Shown one piece after another: positions 1 through 12,766 of a DNA stretch of 64,000 nucleotides. The position numbers were made by a program, and so were the translations under genes. Positions within the stretch are counted from its first letter, which is position 1; each line of letters starts with the position of its first letter. This DNA comes from Ranitomeya imitator (taxonomy: Eukaryota). Below the pieces are notes generated by a model. It was not told where the DNA came from. It did not search any database and was given only the letters and a program-made list of their open reading frames with translations. The DNA is taken from positions 842,208,001 to 842,272,000 of the forward strand of contig NC_091283.1 in the NCBI RefSeq assembly GCF_032444005.1. Reading direction: 5' to 3'.

Positions 1-106
1 AGGGTCCCTCAAGGGACAGCTCCAATGACATATTGCACCTTGAACCTGAAGGCTTTGACCACGAGGCTCCAAGTTTGTACAGCAGTTGGGGAAAAAAAAC
101 TGCATT

Positions 107-710
107 TTTATCACTGATCCTGTACTGTTCCTACATCAGGTATTACACTCCAGAGCTGCACTCACTATTCTGCTGGTGCAGTCACTGTGTACATACATTA
201 CATTACTGATCCAGAGTTACATCCTGTATTATACTCCAGAGCTGCACTCACTATTCTGCTGGTGCAGTCACTGTGTACATACATTACATTACTGATCCAG
301 AGTTACATCCTGTATTATACTCCAGAGCTGCACTCACTATTCTGCTGGTGCAGTCACTGTGTACATACATTAATGATCCTGAGTTACATCCTGTATTATA
401 CCCCAGAGCTGCACTCACTATTCTGTTGGTGCAGTCACTGTGTACATACATTACATTACTGATCCTGAGTTACCTCCTGTATTATACTCCAGAGCTGCAC
501 TCACTATTCTGCTGGTGCAGTCACTGTGTACATACATTAATGATCCTGAGTTACATCCTGTATTATACCCCAGAGCTGCACTCACTATTCTGTTGGTGCA
601 GTCACTGTGTACATACATTACATTACTGATCCTGAGTTACATCCTGTATTATACTCCAGAGCTGCACTCACTATTCTGCTGGTGCAGTCACTATGTACAT
701 ACATTACATA
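107..710. repeat. Tandem repeat, ~81-86 bp unit (tactccagagctgcactcactattctgctggtgcagtcactgtgtacatac...), ~7 copies
   Basis: Motif atactccaga/ataccccaga recurs at 231, 317, 398; overlapping repetitive ORFs in three frames. Confidence 0.9.
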
Positions 711-835
711 GTAACATAGTTAGTAAGGCCGAAAAAAGACATTTGTCCATCCAGTTCAGCCTATATTCCATCACAATAAATCCCCAGATCTACGTCCTTC
801 TACAGAACCTAATTGTATGATACAATATTGTTCTA
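705..835 (-). mobile_element. Short 3' fragment of a CR1-type LINE
   Basis: catagtaacatagttagtaagg resembles the reverse complement of the (CTATGTTA)n CR1 tail; same style as the CR1 end at ~61115. Confidence 0.5.
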
Positions 836-1264
836 CATTAATATGGTCATTATTATGGATTGTGCAGCCGGACACTTTGCATTATGGTTTTGTTACCCCT
901 GGTCTGGTGTCGCTCTCTGGCACTTGATACATTGGGTGGTCTCTCTGCAGCAGTTTTCCCACAGTCCGGGGTCTCTTCAGTGTCATCATGTGAAGAATTT
1001 GCACTTAGAGGTGTTGAGTGCAGCAGAGGCTGGAGATAAGGCGGCTCCTGAGAGGAGATAAAACCATGTTTCCAGCAGACACCAGGCAGGAAGCACTACT
1101 CTCATCATAAACTCTTCCTTGTGGGGTCACAGACCGGGTCACTCATCAGCAGAGGGGAAGCAGCTGGATATAGCGCCCCCAATTGTGTCCTGCATAGTCG
1201 CCCCTTATTGAGGAGCCGCCCCAATTATGTATGGACCGACTTCCAGATCGGAGCTCAACAGCCC

Positions 1265-4200
1265 CACTGGTTATCGAGCACTATGTCCGGCACTGGTTAT
1301 CGAGGACTATGTCTAGCACTGATTATCGAGCACTATGTCTGGCACTGGTTATCGAGCACTATGTCTAGCACTGGTTATCGAGCACTATGTCTAGCACTGG
1401 TTATCGAGCACTATGTCTGGCACTGGTTATCGAGCACTATGTCTGGCACTGGTTATCGAGCACTATGTCTAGCACTGGTTATCGAGCACTATGTCTAGCA
1501 CTGGTTATCGAGCACTATGTCTGGCACTGGTTATGGGGGCACTATGTCTGGCACTGGTTATCGAGCACTATGTCTGGCACTGGTTATCGAGCACTATGTC
1601 TGGCACTGGTTATGGGGGCACTATGTCTGGCACTGGTTATCGAGCACTATGTCTGGCACTGGTTATCGAGCACTATGTCTAGCACTGGTTATCGAGCACT
1701 ATGTCTAGCACTGGTTATCGAGCACTATGTCTGGCACTGGTTATCGAGCACTATGTCCGGCACTGGTTATCGGGCACTATGTCTGGCACTGGTTATCGAG
1801 CACTATGTCCGGCACTGGTTATCGGGCACTATGTCTAGCACTGGTTATCGGGCACTATGTCTGGCACTGGTTATCGAGCACTATGTCTAGCACTGGTTAT
1901 CGAGCACTATGTCTGGCACTGGTTATCGGGCACTATGTCTAGCACTGGTTATCGAGCACTATGTCCGGCACTGGTTATCGAGCACTATGTCTGGCACTGG
2001 TTATCGAGCACTATGTCCGGCACTGGTTATCGAGCACTATGTCTAGCACTGGTTATCGAGCACTATGTCTGGCACTGGTTATGGGGGCACTATGTCTGGC
2101 ACTGATTATCGAGCACTATGTCTGGCACTGGTTATCGAGCACTATGTCTGGCACGGGTTATCGAGCACTATGTCTGGCACTGCTTATCGAGCACTATGTC
2201 TGGCACTGCTTATCGAGCACTATGTCTGGCACTGGTTATCGAGCACTATGTCTAGCACTGATTATCGAGCACTATGTCTGGCACTGGTTATCGAGCACTA
2301 TGTCTGGCACTGGTTATCGAGCATTATGTCTAGCACTGGTTATCGGGCACTATGTCTAGCACTGGTTATCGGGCACTATGTCCGGCACTAGTTATCGAGC
2401 ACTATGTCCGGCACTGGTTATCGAGCACTATGTCTGGCACTGGTTATCGGGCACTATGTCTGGCACTGGTTATCTGGCACTATGTCTGGCACTGGTTATC
2501 GGGCACTCTATCTGGCACTGGTTATGGGGGCACTATGTCTGGCACTGGTTATCGAGCACTATGTCTGGCACTGGTTATCGAGCACTATGTCTGGCACTGG
2601 TTATCGAGCACTATGTCTGGCACTGGTTATCGAGCACTATGTCTGGCACTGGTTATCGGGCACTATGTCCGGCACTGGTTATCGAGCACTATGTCTGGCA
2701 CTGGTTATCGGGCACTATGTCCAGCACTGGTTATCGAGCACTATGTCTGGCACTGGTTATCGAGCACTATGTCCGGCACTGGTTATGGGGGCACTATGTC
2801 TGGCACTGGTTATCGGGCACTATGTCTGGCACTGGTTATCGGGCTCTATGTCTGGCACTGGTTATCGGGCTCTATGTCTAGCACTGGTTATCGAGCACTA
2901 TGTCTGGCACTGGTTATCGGGCACTATGTCTGGCACTGTTATCGAGCACTATATCAGGCACTGGTTATCGGGCACTATGTCTGGCACTGGTTATCGAGCA
3001 CTATGTCTGGCACTCGTTTTCGAGCATTATGTCTGGCACTGGTTATCGAGCGCTATGTCTGGCACTGGTTATCGAGCATTATGTCTAGCACTGGTTATCG
3101 GGCACTCTGTCTGGCACTGGTTATCGAGCATTATGTCTAGCACTGGTTATCGGGCACTATGTCTAGCACTGGTTATCGAGCACTATGTCCGGCACTGGTT
3201 ATGGGGGCACTATGTCTGGCACTGGTTATCGAGCATTATGTCTAGCATTGGTTATCGAGCACTATGTCTAGCACTGGTTATCGAGCACTATGTCTGGCAC
3301 TGCTTATCGAGCACTATGTCTGGCACGGGTTATCGAGCACTATGTCTGGCACTGGTTATCGAGCACTATGTCTGGCACTGGTTATCGGGCTCTATGTCTG
3401 GCACTGGTTATCGGGCTCTATGTCCGGCACTGGTTATCGAGCACTATGTCCGGCACTGGTTATGGGGGCACTATGTCTGGCACTGGTTATCGAGCACTAT
3501 GTCTGGCACTGGTTATCGAGCACTATGTCTGGCACTGGTTATCGAGCACTATGTCTGGCACTGGTTATCGGGCACTATGTCTGGCACTGGTTATCGGGCA
3601 CTATGTCTGGCACTGGTTATCGGGCACTATGTCTGGCACTGGTTATCGGGCACTATGTCTGGCACTGGTTATCGGGCTCTATGTCTGGCACTGGTTATCG
3701 GGCTCTATGTCCGGCACTGGTTATCGAGCACTATGTCCGGCACTGGTTATGGGGGCACTTTGTCTGGCACTGGTTATCGAGCACTATGTCTGGCACTGGT
3801 TATGGGGGCACTATGTCTGGCACTGGTTATCGAGCACTATGTCTGGCACGGGTTATCGAGCGCTATGTCTGGCACTGGTTATCGAGCACTATGTCTGGCA
3901 CTGGTTATGGGGGCACTATGTCCGGCACTGGTTATCGAGCACTATGTCTGGCACTGGTTATCGAGCACTATGTCTGACACTGGTTATCGGGCACTATGTC
4001 TGGCACTGGTTATCGAGCATTATGTCTAGCACTGGTTATCGGGCACTATGTCTGGCACTGGTTATCGAGCATTATGTCTAGCACTGGTTATCGGGCACTA
4101 TGTCTAGCACTGGTTATCGAGCACTATGTCCGGCACTGGTTATGGGGGCACTATGTCTGGCACTGGTTATCGAGCATTATGTCTAGCACTGGTTATCAGG

Positions 4201-4941
4201 CACTATGTCTGGCACTGGTTATCGAGCACTATGTCTGGCACTGGTTATCGAGCACTATGTCTAGCACTGGTTATCGGGCACTATGTCTGGCACTGGTTAT
4301 CGAGCACTATGTCTGGCACTGGTTATCGAGCATTATGTCTGGCACTGGTTATCGAGCACTATGTCTGGCACTGGTTATCGAGCACTATGTCTGGCACTGG
4401 TTATCGGGCACTATGTCTGGCACTGGTTATCGAGCACTATGTCTGGCACTGGTTATCGAGCACTATGTCTGGCACTGGTTATCGAGCACTATGTCTGGCA
4501 CTGGTTATGGGGGCACTATGTCTGGCACTGGTTATCGGGCACTATGTCTGGCACTGGTTATGGGGGCACTATGTCTGGCACTGGTTATCGGGCACTATGT
4601 CCGGCACTGGTTATGGGGGCAATATGTCTGGCACTGGTTATCGGGCACTATGTCTGGCACTGGTTATCGGGCACTATGTCTAGCACTGGTTATCGAGCAC
4701 TATGTCCGGCACTGGTTATGGGGGCACTATGTCTGGCACTGGTTATGGGGGCACTATGTCCGGCACTGGTTATGGGGGCAATATGTCTGGCACTGGTTAT
4801 CGGGCACTATGTCTGGCACTGGTTATCGGGCACTATGTCTGGCACTGGTTATCGGGCACTATGTCTGGCACTGGTTATGGGGGCACTATGTCCGGCACTG
4901 GTTATGGGGGCACTATGTCTGGCACTGGTTATGGGGGCACT
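1265..4941. repeat. 26-bp minisatellite ggcactggttatcgagcactatgtct (~140 copies) with a 27-bp variant ggcactggttatgggggcactatgtct
   Basis: Direct periodicity over 3.7 kb. Confidence 0.97.
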
Positions 4942-6075
4942 CCGGCTGCCGCCTGTGTGTAGTGTGCAGCATACTCTTTACCTGCTGGATCTTTATTCTC
5001 GCTGAATTGTCAGTCTTTGGCGGGATGAAATGATTCTGACCCCGCGATTCCCAGGACTCTCCGGATGGCTGTGACATCGCACATGGAAGCGTCTCTCTGG
5101 CATTGGGTCTGGGTGAGACAAGCTGAAATATCCCAGAGTAAAGCGCATGAGATCCGTCCCACAGAGACGCAGATCAGCACCATGGCCGGAGGAGAGGACA
5201 GAGGCTGGGGGAGAGGACAAAGGCCGGGGGCAGGGACCCCAATATCACATGACCAGCAATGGGATAGACCATGAGAGTCTCCGGGTGCAGAGACCCCACA
5301 GGACGTCGGCAGAGGGGGTCAGAGCTCTACTCTGCTGCATACATTGGTGGGGGATGGGCAGGTGGGACCCCCATTGTATTGATGGAGCCCTCCTGGGTCA
5401 CTGACATTGCTGAGACCCTGCATGCGGTGCTGGTGGAGGAAAAAGGGGGCACAAATGAATTCAGGTTGTGTCATTTATTGTAAACCAGATGTAGCTCCTA
5501 TAAATATCGCATCCAGCCGCCCAACGCTGCCATCTGTTCCGCCAGCGCAGCCCCAATCACCGCAACCTGCCAATGCTGCCATCTGCTCCGCCAGCGCAGC
5601 GCCAATCATCGCGACCTGCCAGCACTGCTGTTATGTCACAGCCAAGTGGGGCAGCCATACTGTTAACCCGTTCAGTGCCGCCTGGCACAGAGAGTGCTCC
5701 ACACCTCTTCTTATAACCATCCAATCTTTAGGCACAGATGACGCAGCGCCATTTATACCGATGTGGATAATCGCAGTGTGGACATGAAGGTGTCCTGCAG
5801 AACCGTCAGTCGGTAAAGCAGCGGGCAATAATCGCCCCCCATTATATCGCCCCGGCCCTCTGGCGTCATAGATGGCGATCCAACATTATACAAGATGAGA
5901 TGTTACCAGAAGATGCTGAAGGATTAACTCTGCAGCGGTGCACACGCCATTGCCAAGAGGAGAGCAGCCTGCGCCGCCCGCACCGCTCCGCTGTCCTCCT
6001 GTGGATTAATCGCTATTTATAGGTGTATACGTCCTGATGGGTGCGGAAACACCGGAGCAACCGCATGCCAGGAAA

Positions 6076-6926
6076 ATCAATGTGTCACCAGTGGGAGGAT
6101 GATGGCCGTCCAGAGGAGCAACCGATATCCACCATCAATGTGTCACCAGTAGGAGAGATGATGGCCGTCCACAGAGGAGCAACCGATATCCAACATCAAT
6201 GTGTCACCAATGGGAGGATGATGGCCGTCCAGAGGAGCAATCGATATCCACCATCAATGTGTCACCAGTAGGAGGATGATGGCCGTCCAGAGGAGCAACC
6301 GATGTCCAACATCAATGTGTCACCAGTGGGAGGATGATGGCCGTCCAGAAGAGCAACCGATATCTACCATCAATGTGTCAACAGTAGGAGGGATGATGGC
6401 CGTCCACAGAGGAGCAACCGATATCCAACATCAATGTGTCACCAATGGGAGGATGATGGCCGTCCAGAGGAGCAATCGATATCCACCATCAATGTGTCAT
6501 CAGTGGGAGGATGATGGCCGTCCACAGAGGAGCAACCGATATCCAACATCAATGTGTCATCAGTGGGAGGATGATGGCCGTCCAGAGGAGCAACCGATAT
6601 CCACCATCAATGTGTCATCAGTGGGAGGATGATGGCCGTCCACAGAGGAGCAACCGATATCCACCATCAATGTGTCACCAGTGGGAGGGATGATGGCCGT
6701 CCACAGAGGAGCAACCGATATCCAACATCAATGTGTCATCAGTGGGAGGATGATGGCCGTCCAGAGGAGCAACCGATATCCACCATCAATGTGTCACCAG
6801 TGGGAGGATGATGGCCGTCCAGAGGAGCAACCGATATCCACCATCAATGTGTCACCAGTGGGAGGGATGATGGCCGTCCAGAGGAGCAACCGATATCCAC
6901 CATCAATGTGTCATCAGTGGGAGGAT
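6076..6926. repeat. 58-61 bp satellite (gggaggatgatggccgtcc[ac]agaggagcaaccgatatccaccatcaatgtgtcaccagt), left part of an array split by a gypsy insertion
   Basis: Direct periodicity; array resumes in register at 12767. Confidence 0.95.
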
Positions 6927-7747
6927 TGTTATGAACAGGTAATTCAGAACCACAATGGACATTGAAGTTCAGAGCACACAAAGTGACCTGACAATTACCA
7001 AAAAACATAGGACGAGCTCTGAGACGTGGGAACTCTGCTGACCGCAATCCCTAATCCTATCCAACCACACTAGAGGTAGCCGTGGAGCGCTCCTGACCAG
7101 ACCTATGCGCCTCGAGCACAGCCTGAGAAACTAGCTAGCCCTGAAGATTGAAAAATAAGCCTATCTTGCCTCAGAGAGATACCCCAAAGGAAAAGGCAGC
7201 CCCCCACATATAATGACTGTGAGTAAAGATGAAAATACAAACACAGAGATGAAATAGATTTAGCAAAGTGAGGCCCGACTTACTGAACAGACCTAGGATA
7301 GGAAAGATTGCTTTGCGGTCAACACAAAACCCTACAAACAACCACGCAGAGGGGGCAAAAAGACCCTCCGCACCGACTAACGGTACGGAGGTGCTCCCTC
7401 TGCGTCCCAGAGCTTCCAGCAAGCAAGAAAAACCAATAATGCAAGCTGGACAGAAAAAATAGCAAACAAAAATAACACAAGCAAAACTTAGCTTATGCAG
7501 AGCAGACAGGCCACAGGAACGATCCAGGAGGAAGCAAGACCAATACTAGAACATTGACTGGAGGCCAGGAGCAAAGCACTAGGTGGAGTTAAATAGAGCA
7601 GCACCTAACGACTTCACCACATCACCTGAGGGAGGAAACTCAGAAGCCGCAGTACCACTCACATCCACCAACGGAAGCTCATAGACAGAATCAGCCGAAG
7701 TACCACTTGTGACCACAGGAGGGAGCTCTGCCACAAAATTCACAACA
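6927..7747 (-). repeat. 3' LTR of gypsy copy 1 (821 bp)
   Basis: Direct repeat of 11947-12766; preceded on the minus strand by the PPT. Confidence 0.95.
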
Positions 7748-10700
7748 GTACCCCCCCCTTGAGGAGGGGTCACCGAACCCCCACCAGAGCCCCCAGGCCG
7801 ACCAGGATGAGCCATATGAAAGGCACGAACAAGATCGGCAGCATGGACATCAGAGGCAAAGACCCAGGAATTATCTTCCTGAGCATAACCCTTCCACTTA
7901 ACCAGATACTGGAGTTTCCGTCTCGAAACACGAGAATCCAAAATCTTCTCCACAATATACTCCAACTCCCCCTCCACCAAAACCGGGGCAGGAGCATCAA
8001 CAGATGGAACCATAGGTGCCACGTATCTCCGCAACAATGACCTATGGAATACGTTATGGATGGAAAAAGAATCTGGAAGGGTCAAACGAAAAGACACAGG
8101 ATTAAGAACCTCAGAAATCCTATACGGACCAATGAAACGAGGCTTAAACTTAGGAGAGGAAACCTTCATAGGAATATGACGAGATGACAACCAAACCAAA
8201 TCCCCAACACGAAGTCGGGGACCCACACAGCGTCTGCGATTAGCGAAACGTTGAGCCTTCTCCTGGGACAAGGTCAAATTGTCCACTACATGAGTCTAAA
8301 TCTGCTGTAACCTGTCCACCACAGTATCCACACCAGGACAGTCCGAAGACTCAACCTGCCCTGAAGAGAAACGAGGATGGAACCCAGAATTGCAGAAAAA
8401 CGGCGAAACCAAGGTAGCCGAGCTGGCCCGATTATTAAGGGCGAACTCAGCCAAAGGCAAAAAGGACACCCAGTCATCCTGATCAGCAGAAACAAAACAT
8501 CTCAGATATGTTTCCAAGGTCTGATTGGTTCGTTCGGTCTGGCCATTTGTCTGAGGATGGAAAGCCGAGGAAAAAGACAAATCAATGCCCATCCTAGCAC
8601 AAAAGGCTCGCCAAAACCTCGAAACAAACTGGGAACATCTGTCAGAAACGATGTTCTCTGGAATGCCATGTAAACGAACCACATGCTGGAAGAACAATGG
8701 CACCAAATCAGAGGAGGAAGGTATTTTAGACAAGGGTACCAGATGGACCATCTTAGAAAAGCGATCACAGACCACCCAAATGACTGACATTTTTTGAGAG
8801 ACGGGGAGATCCGAAATAAAATCCATAGAGATATGTGTCCAAGGCCTCTTCGGGACCGGCAAGGGCAAAAGCAACCCACTGGCACGAGAACAGCAGGGCT
8901 TAGCCCGAGCACAAATCCCACAGGACTGCACAAAAGAACGCACATCCCGCGACAGAGACGGCCACCAAAAGGATCTAGCCACTAAATCTCTGGTACCAAA
9001 GATTCCAGGATGACCAGCCAACACCGAACAATGAACCTCAGAGATAACTTTATTCGTCCACCTATCAGGGACAAACAGTTTCTCCGCTGGGCAACGATCA
9101 GGTTTATTAGCCTGAAATTTTTGCAGCACCCGCCGCAAATCAGGGGAGATGGCAGACAAAATTACTCCCTCTTTGAGAATACCCGCCGGCTCAGACAAAC
9201 CCGGAGAGTCGGGCACAAAACTCCTAGACAGGGCATCCGCCTTCACATTTTTAGAGCCCGGAAGGTACGAAACCACAAAGTCAAAACGGGAGAAAAACAG
9301 CAACCAACGAGCCTGTCTAGGATTCAACCGTTTGGCAGACTCGAGATAAGTCAAGTTCTTGTGATCAGTCAAGACCACCACGCGATGCTTAGCTCCTTCA
9401 AGCCAATGACGCCACTCCTCGAATGCCCACTTCATGGCCAGCAACTCTCGATTGCCAACATCATAATTTCGCTCAGCAGGCGAAAACTTCCTGGAAAAGA
9501 AGGCGCATGGCTTCATCACCGAGCAATCAGAACCTCTTTGCGACAAAACAGCCCCCGCTCCAATTTCAGAAGCATCAACCTCGACCTGGAACGGAAGCGA
9601 AACATCTGGTTGACACAACACAGGAGCAGAAGAAAAACGACGCTTTAACTCTTGAAAAGCTTCCACAGCAGCAGAAGACCAATTGACCACATCAGCACCC
9701 TTCTTGGTCAAATCGGTCAATGGTTTAGAAATACTAGAAAAATTACAGATGAAGCGACGATAAAAAATTAGCAAAGTCCAGGAACTTTTGCAGACTCTTC
9801 AGAGATGTCGGCTGAGTCCAATCATAGATGGCCTGGACCTTAACAGGGTCCATCTCGATAGTAGAAGGGGAAAAAATGAACCCCAAAAATGAAACCTTCT
9901 GAACACCAAAGAGACACTTTGACCCCTTCACAAACAAAGAATTCGCACGCCGGACCTGGAACACCATTCTGACCTGCCTCACGTGAGACTCCCAATCATC
10001 CGAGAAGACCAAAATATCATCCAAGTATACAATCAGGAATTTATCCAGGTACTCTCGGAAGATGTCATGCATAAAGGACTGAAACACCGATGGAGCATTA
10101 GCAAGTCCGAATGGCATAACTAGGTACTCAAAATGGCCCTCGGGCGTATTAAATGCAGTTTTCCATTCATCGCCCCGCTTAATACGCACAAGATTATACG
10201 CACCACGAAGATCTATCTTGGTGAACCAACTAGCCCCCTTGATCCGAGCAAACAAATCAGACAGCAGCGGCAGGGGGTACTGAAATTTAACCGTGATTTT
10301 ATTTAGAAGGCGGTAATCTATACAAGGTCTCAGTGAACCATCCTTCTTGGCCACAAAAAAGAACCCCGCTCCCAATGGCGACGATGACGGGCGAATATGA
10401 CCCTTCTCCAAAGACTCCTTCACGTAACTCCGCATAGCGGCGTGCTCAGGCACAGATAAATTAAACAGTCGACCTTTAGGAAACTTACTATCAGGAATCA
10501 AATCGATAGCACAATCACAATCCCTATGCGGAGGTAGGGCATTGGACTTGGGCTCATCAAATACATCCCGGTAATCAGACAAGAACTCTGGGACCTCAGA
10601 AGGGGTGGATGACGAAATAGACAGAAATGGGACATCACCATGTACCCCCTGACAACCCCAGCTGGACACAGACATAGATTTCCAATCTAATACTGGGTTA

Positions 10701-11809
10701 TGGACTTGTAGCCATGGCAACCCCAACACGACCACATCATGCAGATTATGCAACACCAGAAAGCGAATATCCTCCTGATGTGCAGGAGCCATGCACATGG
10801 TCAGCTGGGTCCAATACTGAGGCTTATTCTTGGCCAAAGGCGTAGCATCAATTCCTCTCAGTGGAATAGGATACTGCAAGGGCTCCAAGAAAAACCCACA
10901 GCACCTAGCATACTCCAAGTCCATCAAATTCAGGGCAGCGCCTGAATCCACAAATGCCATGACAGAATAGGATGACAAAGAGCAGATCAAAGTAACGGAC
11001 AAAAGAAATTTCGACTGTACCATACCAATGGTGGCAGACCTAGCGAACCGCTTAGTGCGCTTAGGACAATCGGAGATAGCATGAGTGGAATCACCACAGT
11101 AGAAACACAGCCCATTCTGACGTCTGTGTTCTTGCCGTTCAACTCTGGTCAAAGTCCTATCGCACTGCATAGGCTCAGGTTTATGCTCGGATAATACCGC
11201 CAAATGGTGCACAGATTTACGCTCACGCAAGCATCGACCGATCTGAATGGCTAAAGACATAGACTCATTCAGACCAGCAGGCATAGGAAATCCCACCATG
11301 ACATCCTTAAGGGCTTCAGAGAGACCTTTTCTGAAAATAGCTGCCAGCGCACCTTCATTCCATTGAGTGAGCACGGACCACTTTCTAAACTTCTGACAAT
11401 AAATCTCTATCTCATCCTGACCCTGACACAGAGCCAGCAAATTTTTCTCTGCCTGATCCACCGAATTAGGTTCATCGTACAGCAATCCGAGCGCCAGGAA
11501 AAACGCATCAATATTACATAATGCAGGATCTCCTGGCGCAAGGGAAAATGCCCAGTCTTGAGGGTCGCCACGTAATAAAGAAATAATGATCCTAACTTGT
11601 TGAACTGGGTCACCAGAGGAGCGAGGTTTCAAAGCCAGAAACAGTTTACAATTATTTTTGAAACTCAGAAATTTAGCTCTATCTCCAGAAAACAAATCAG
11701 GAATAGGAATTCTTGGTTCTAACATAGAATTCTGAACCACAAAGTCTTGAATATTTTGTACTCTTGCAGTGAGATGATCCACACATGAAGACAGACCTTT
11801 AATGTCCAT
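7579..11809 (-). pseudogene. Disrupted single-ORF gag-pol polyprotein of gypsy copy 1
   Basis: PEG10/RTL1-like Gag; CFYCGDSTHAISDC zinc knuckle; FVDSG protease; YLDD RT; EVDAS RNase H; HHCC and DDE integrase (MDFISD, SDR, QTERTNQTLE); chromodomain YIVEKILDSR...YLVKWKGY. Lesions: +1 T in the run at 9762-9767, TGG>TAG at 8296-8298. Confidence 0.95.
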
Positions 11810-11946
11810 CACTACACCTGTGTCCTGAACCACCCAAATGTCTAGGGGAAAAAAAAGGCAAAACACAGTGCAAAGAAAAAAAAATGGTCTCAGAACTTCT
11901 TTTTTTCCCTCTATTGAGAAGCATTAGTACTTTGGGCCTCCAGTAC

Positions 11947-12766
11947 TGTTATGAACTGGTGATTCAGAACCACAATGGAACTAATGGTTAAGAGCACACA
12001 AGGTGACCTGATAGTTACTAATAACATAGGACGAGCTCTGAGACGTGGGAACTCTGCTGACCGCAATCCCTAATCCTATCCAACCACACTAGAGGTAGCC
12101 GTGGAGCGCTCCTGACCAGACCTATGCGCCTCGAGCACAGCCTGAGAAACTAGCTAGCCCTGAAGATAGAAAAATAAGCCTATCTTGCCTCAGAGAGATA
12201 CCCCAAAGGAAAAGGCAGCCCCCCACATATAATGACTGTGAGTTGAGATGAAAATACAAACGCAGAGATGAAATAGATTTAGCAAAGTGAGGCCCGACTT
12301 ACTGAACAGACTGAGGATAGGAAAGATTGCTTTGCGGTCAACACAAAACCCTACAAACAACCACGCAGAGGGGGCAAAAAGACCCTCCGCACCGACTAAC
12401 GGTACGGAGGTGCTCCCTCTGCGTCCCAGAGCTTCCAGCAAGCAAGAAAAACCAATAATGCAAGCTGGACAGAAAAAATAGCAAACAAAAATAACACAAG
12501 CAAAACTTAGCTTATGCAGAGCAGACAGGCCACAGGAACGATCCAGGAGGAAGCAAGACCAATACTAGAACATTGACTGGAGGCCAGGAGCAAAGCACTA
12601 GGTGGAGTTAAATAGAGCAGCACCTAACGACTTCACCACATCACCTGAGGGAGGAAACTCAGAAGCCGCAGTACCACTCACATCCACCAACGGAAGCTCA
12701 TAGACAGAATCAGCCGAAGTACCACTTGTGACCACAGGAGGGAGCTCTGCCACAAAATTCACAACA
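11947..12766 (-). repeat. 5' LTR of gypsy copy 1 (820 bp)
   Basis: TATTTAA at 12614-12608 (minus); followed on the minus strand by a 2-nt spacer and non-tRNA PBS at 11944-11935. Confidence 0.95.

Larger units (their letters stand above)
6927..12766 (-). mobile_element. Full-length Ty3/gypsy chromovirus (sushi/Tf1-like), copy 1
   Basis: LTRs 6927-7747 and 11947-12766 with TG...CA ends (tgttgtgaa/ttcataaca); PPT G8 at 7751-7758; TSD gaggat at 6921-6926 and 12767-12772; gag-PR-RT-RH-IN-chromo order. Confidence 0.97.

Noticed and set aside
1265-4941. Possible CRISPR-like or protein-coding repeat array
   Set aside because: No unique spacers, no cas genes, eukaryotic context; the ORFs are frame-cycling satellite translations
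5663-5926. Possible TTAA-flanked piggyBac MITE (ttaacccgttcagtg ... gctgaaggattaa)
   Set aside because: TIR match is too degenerate to support
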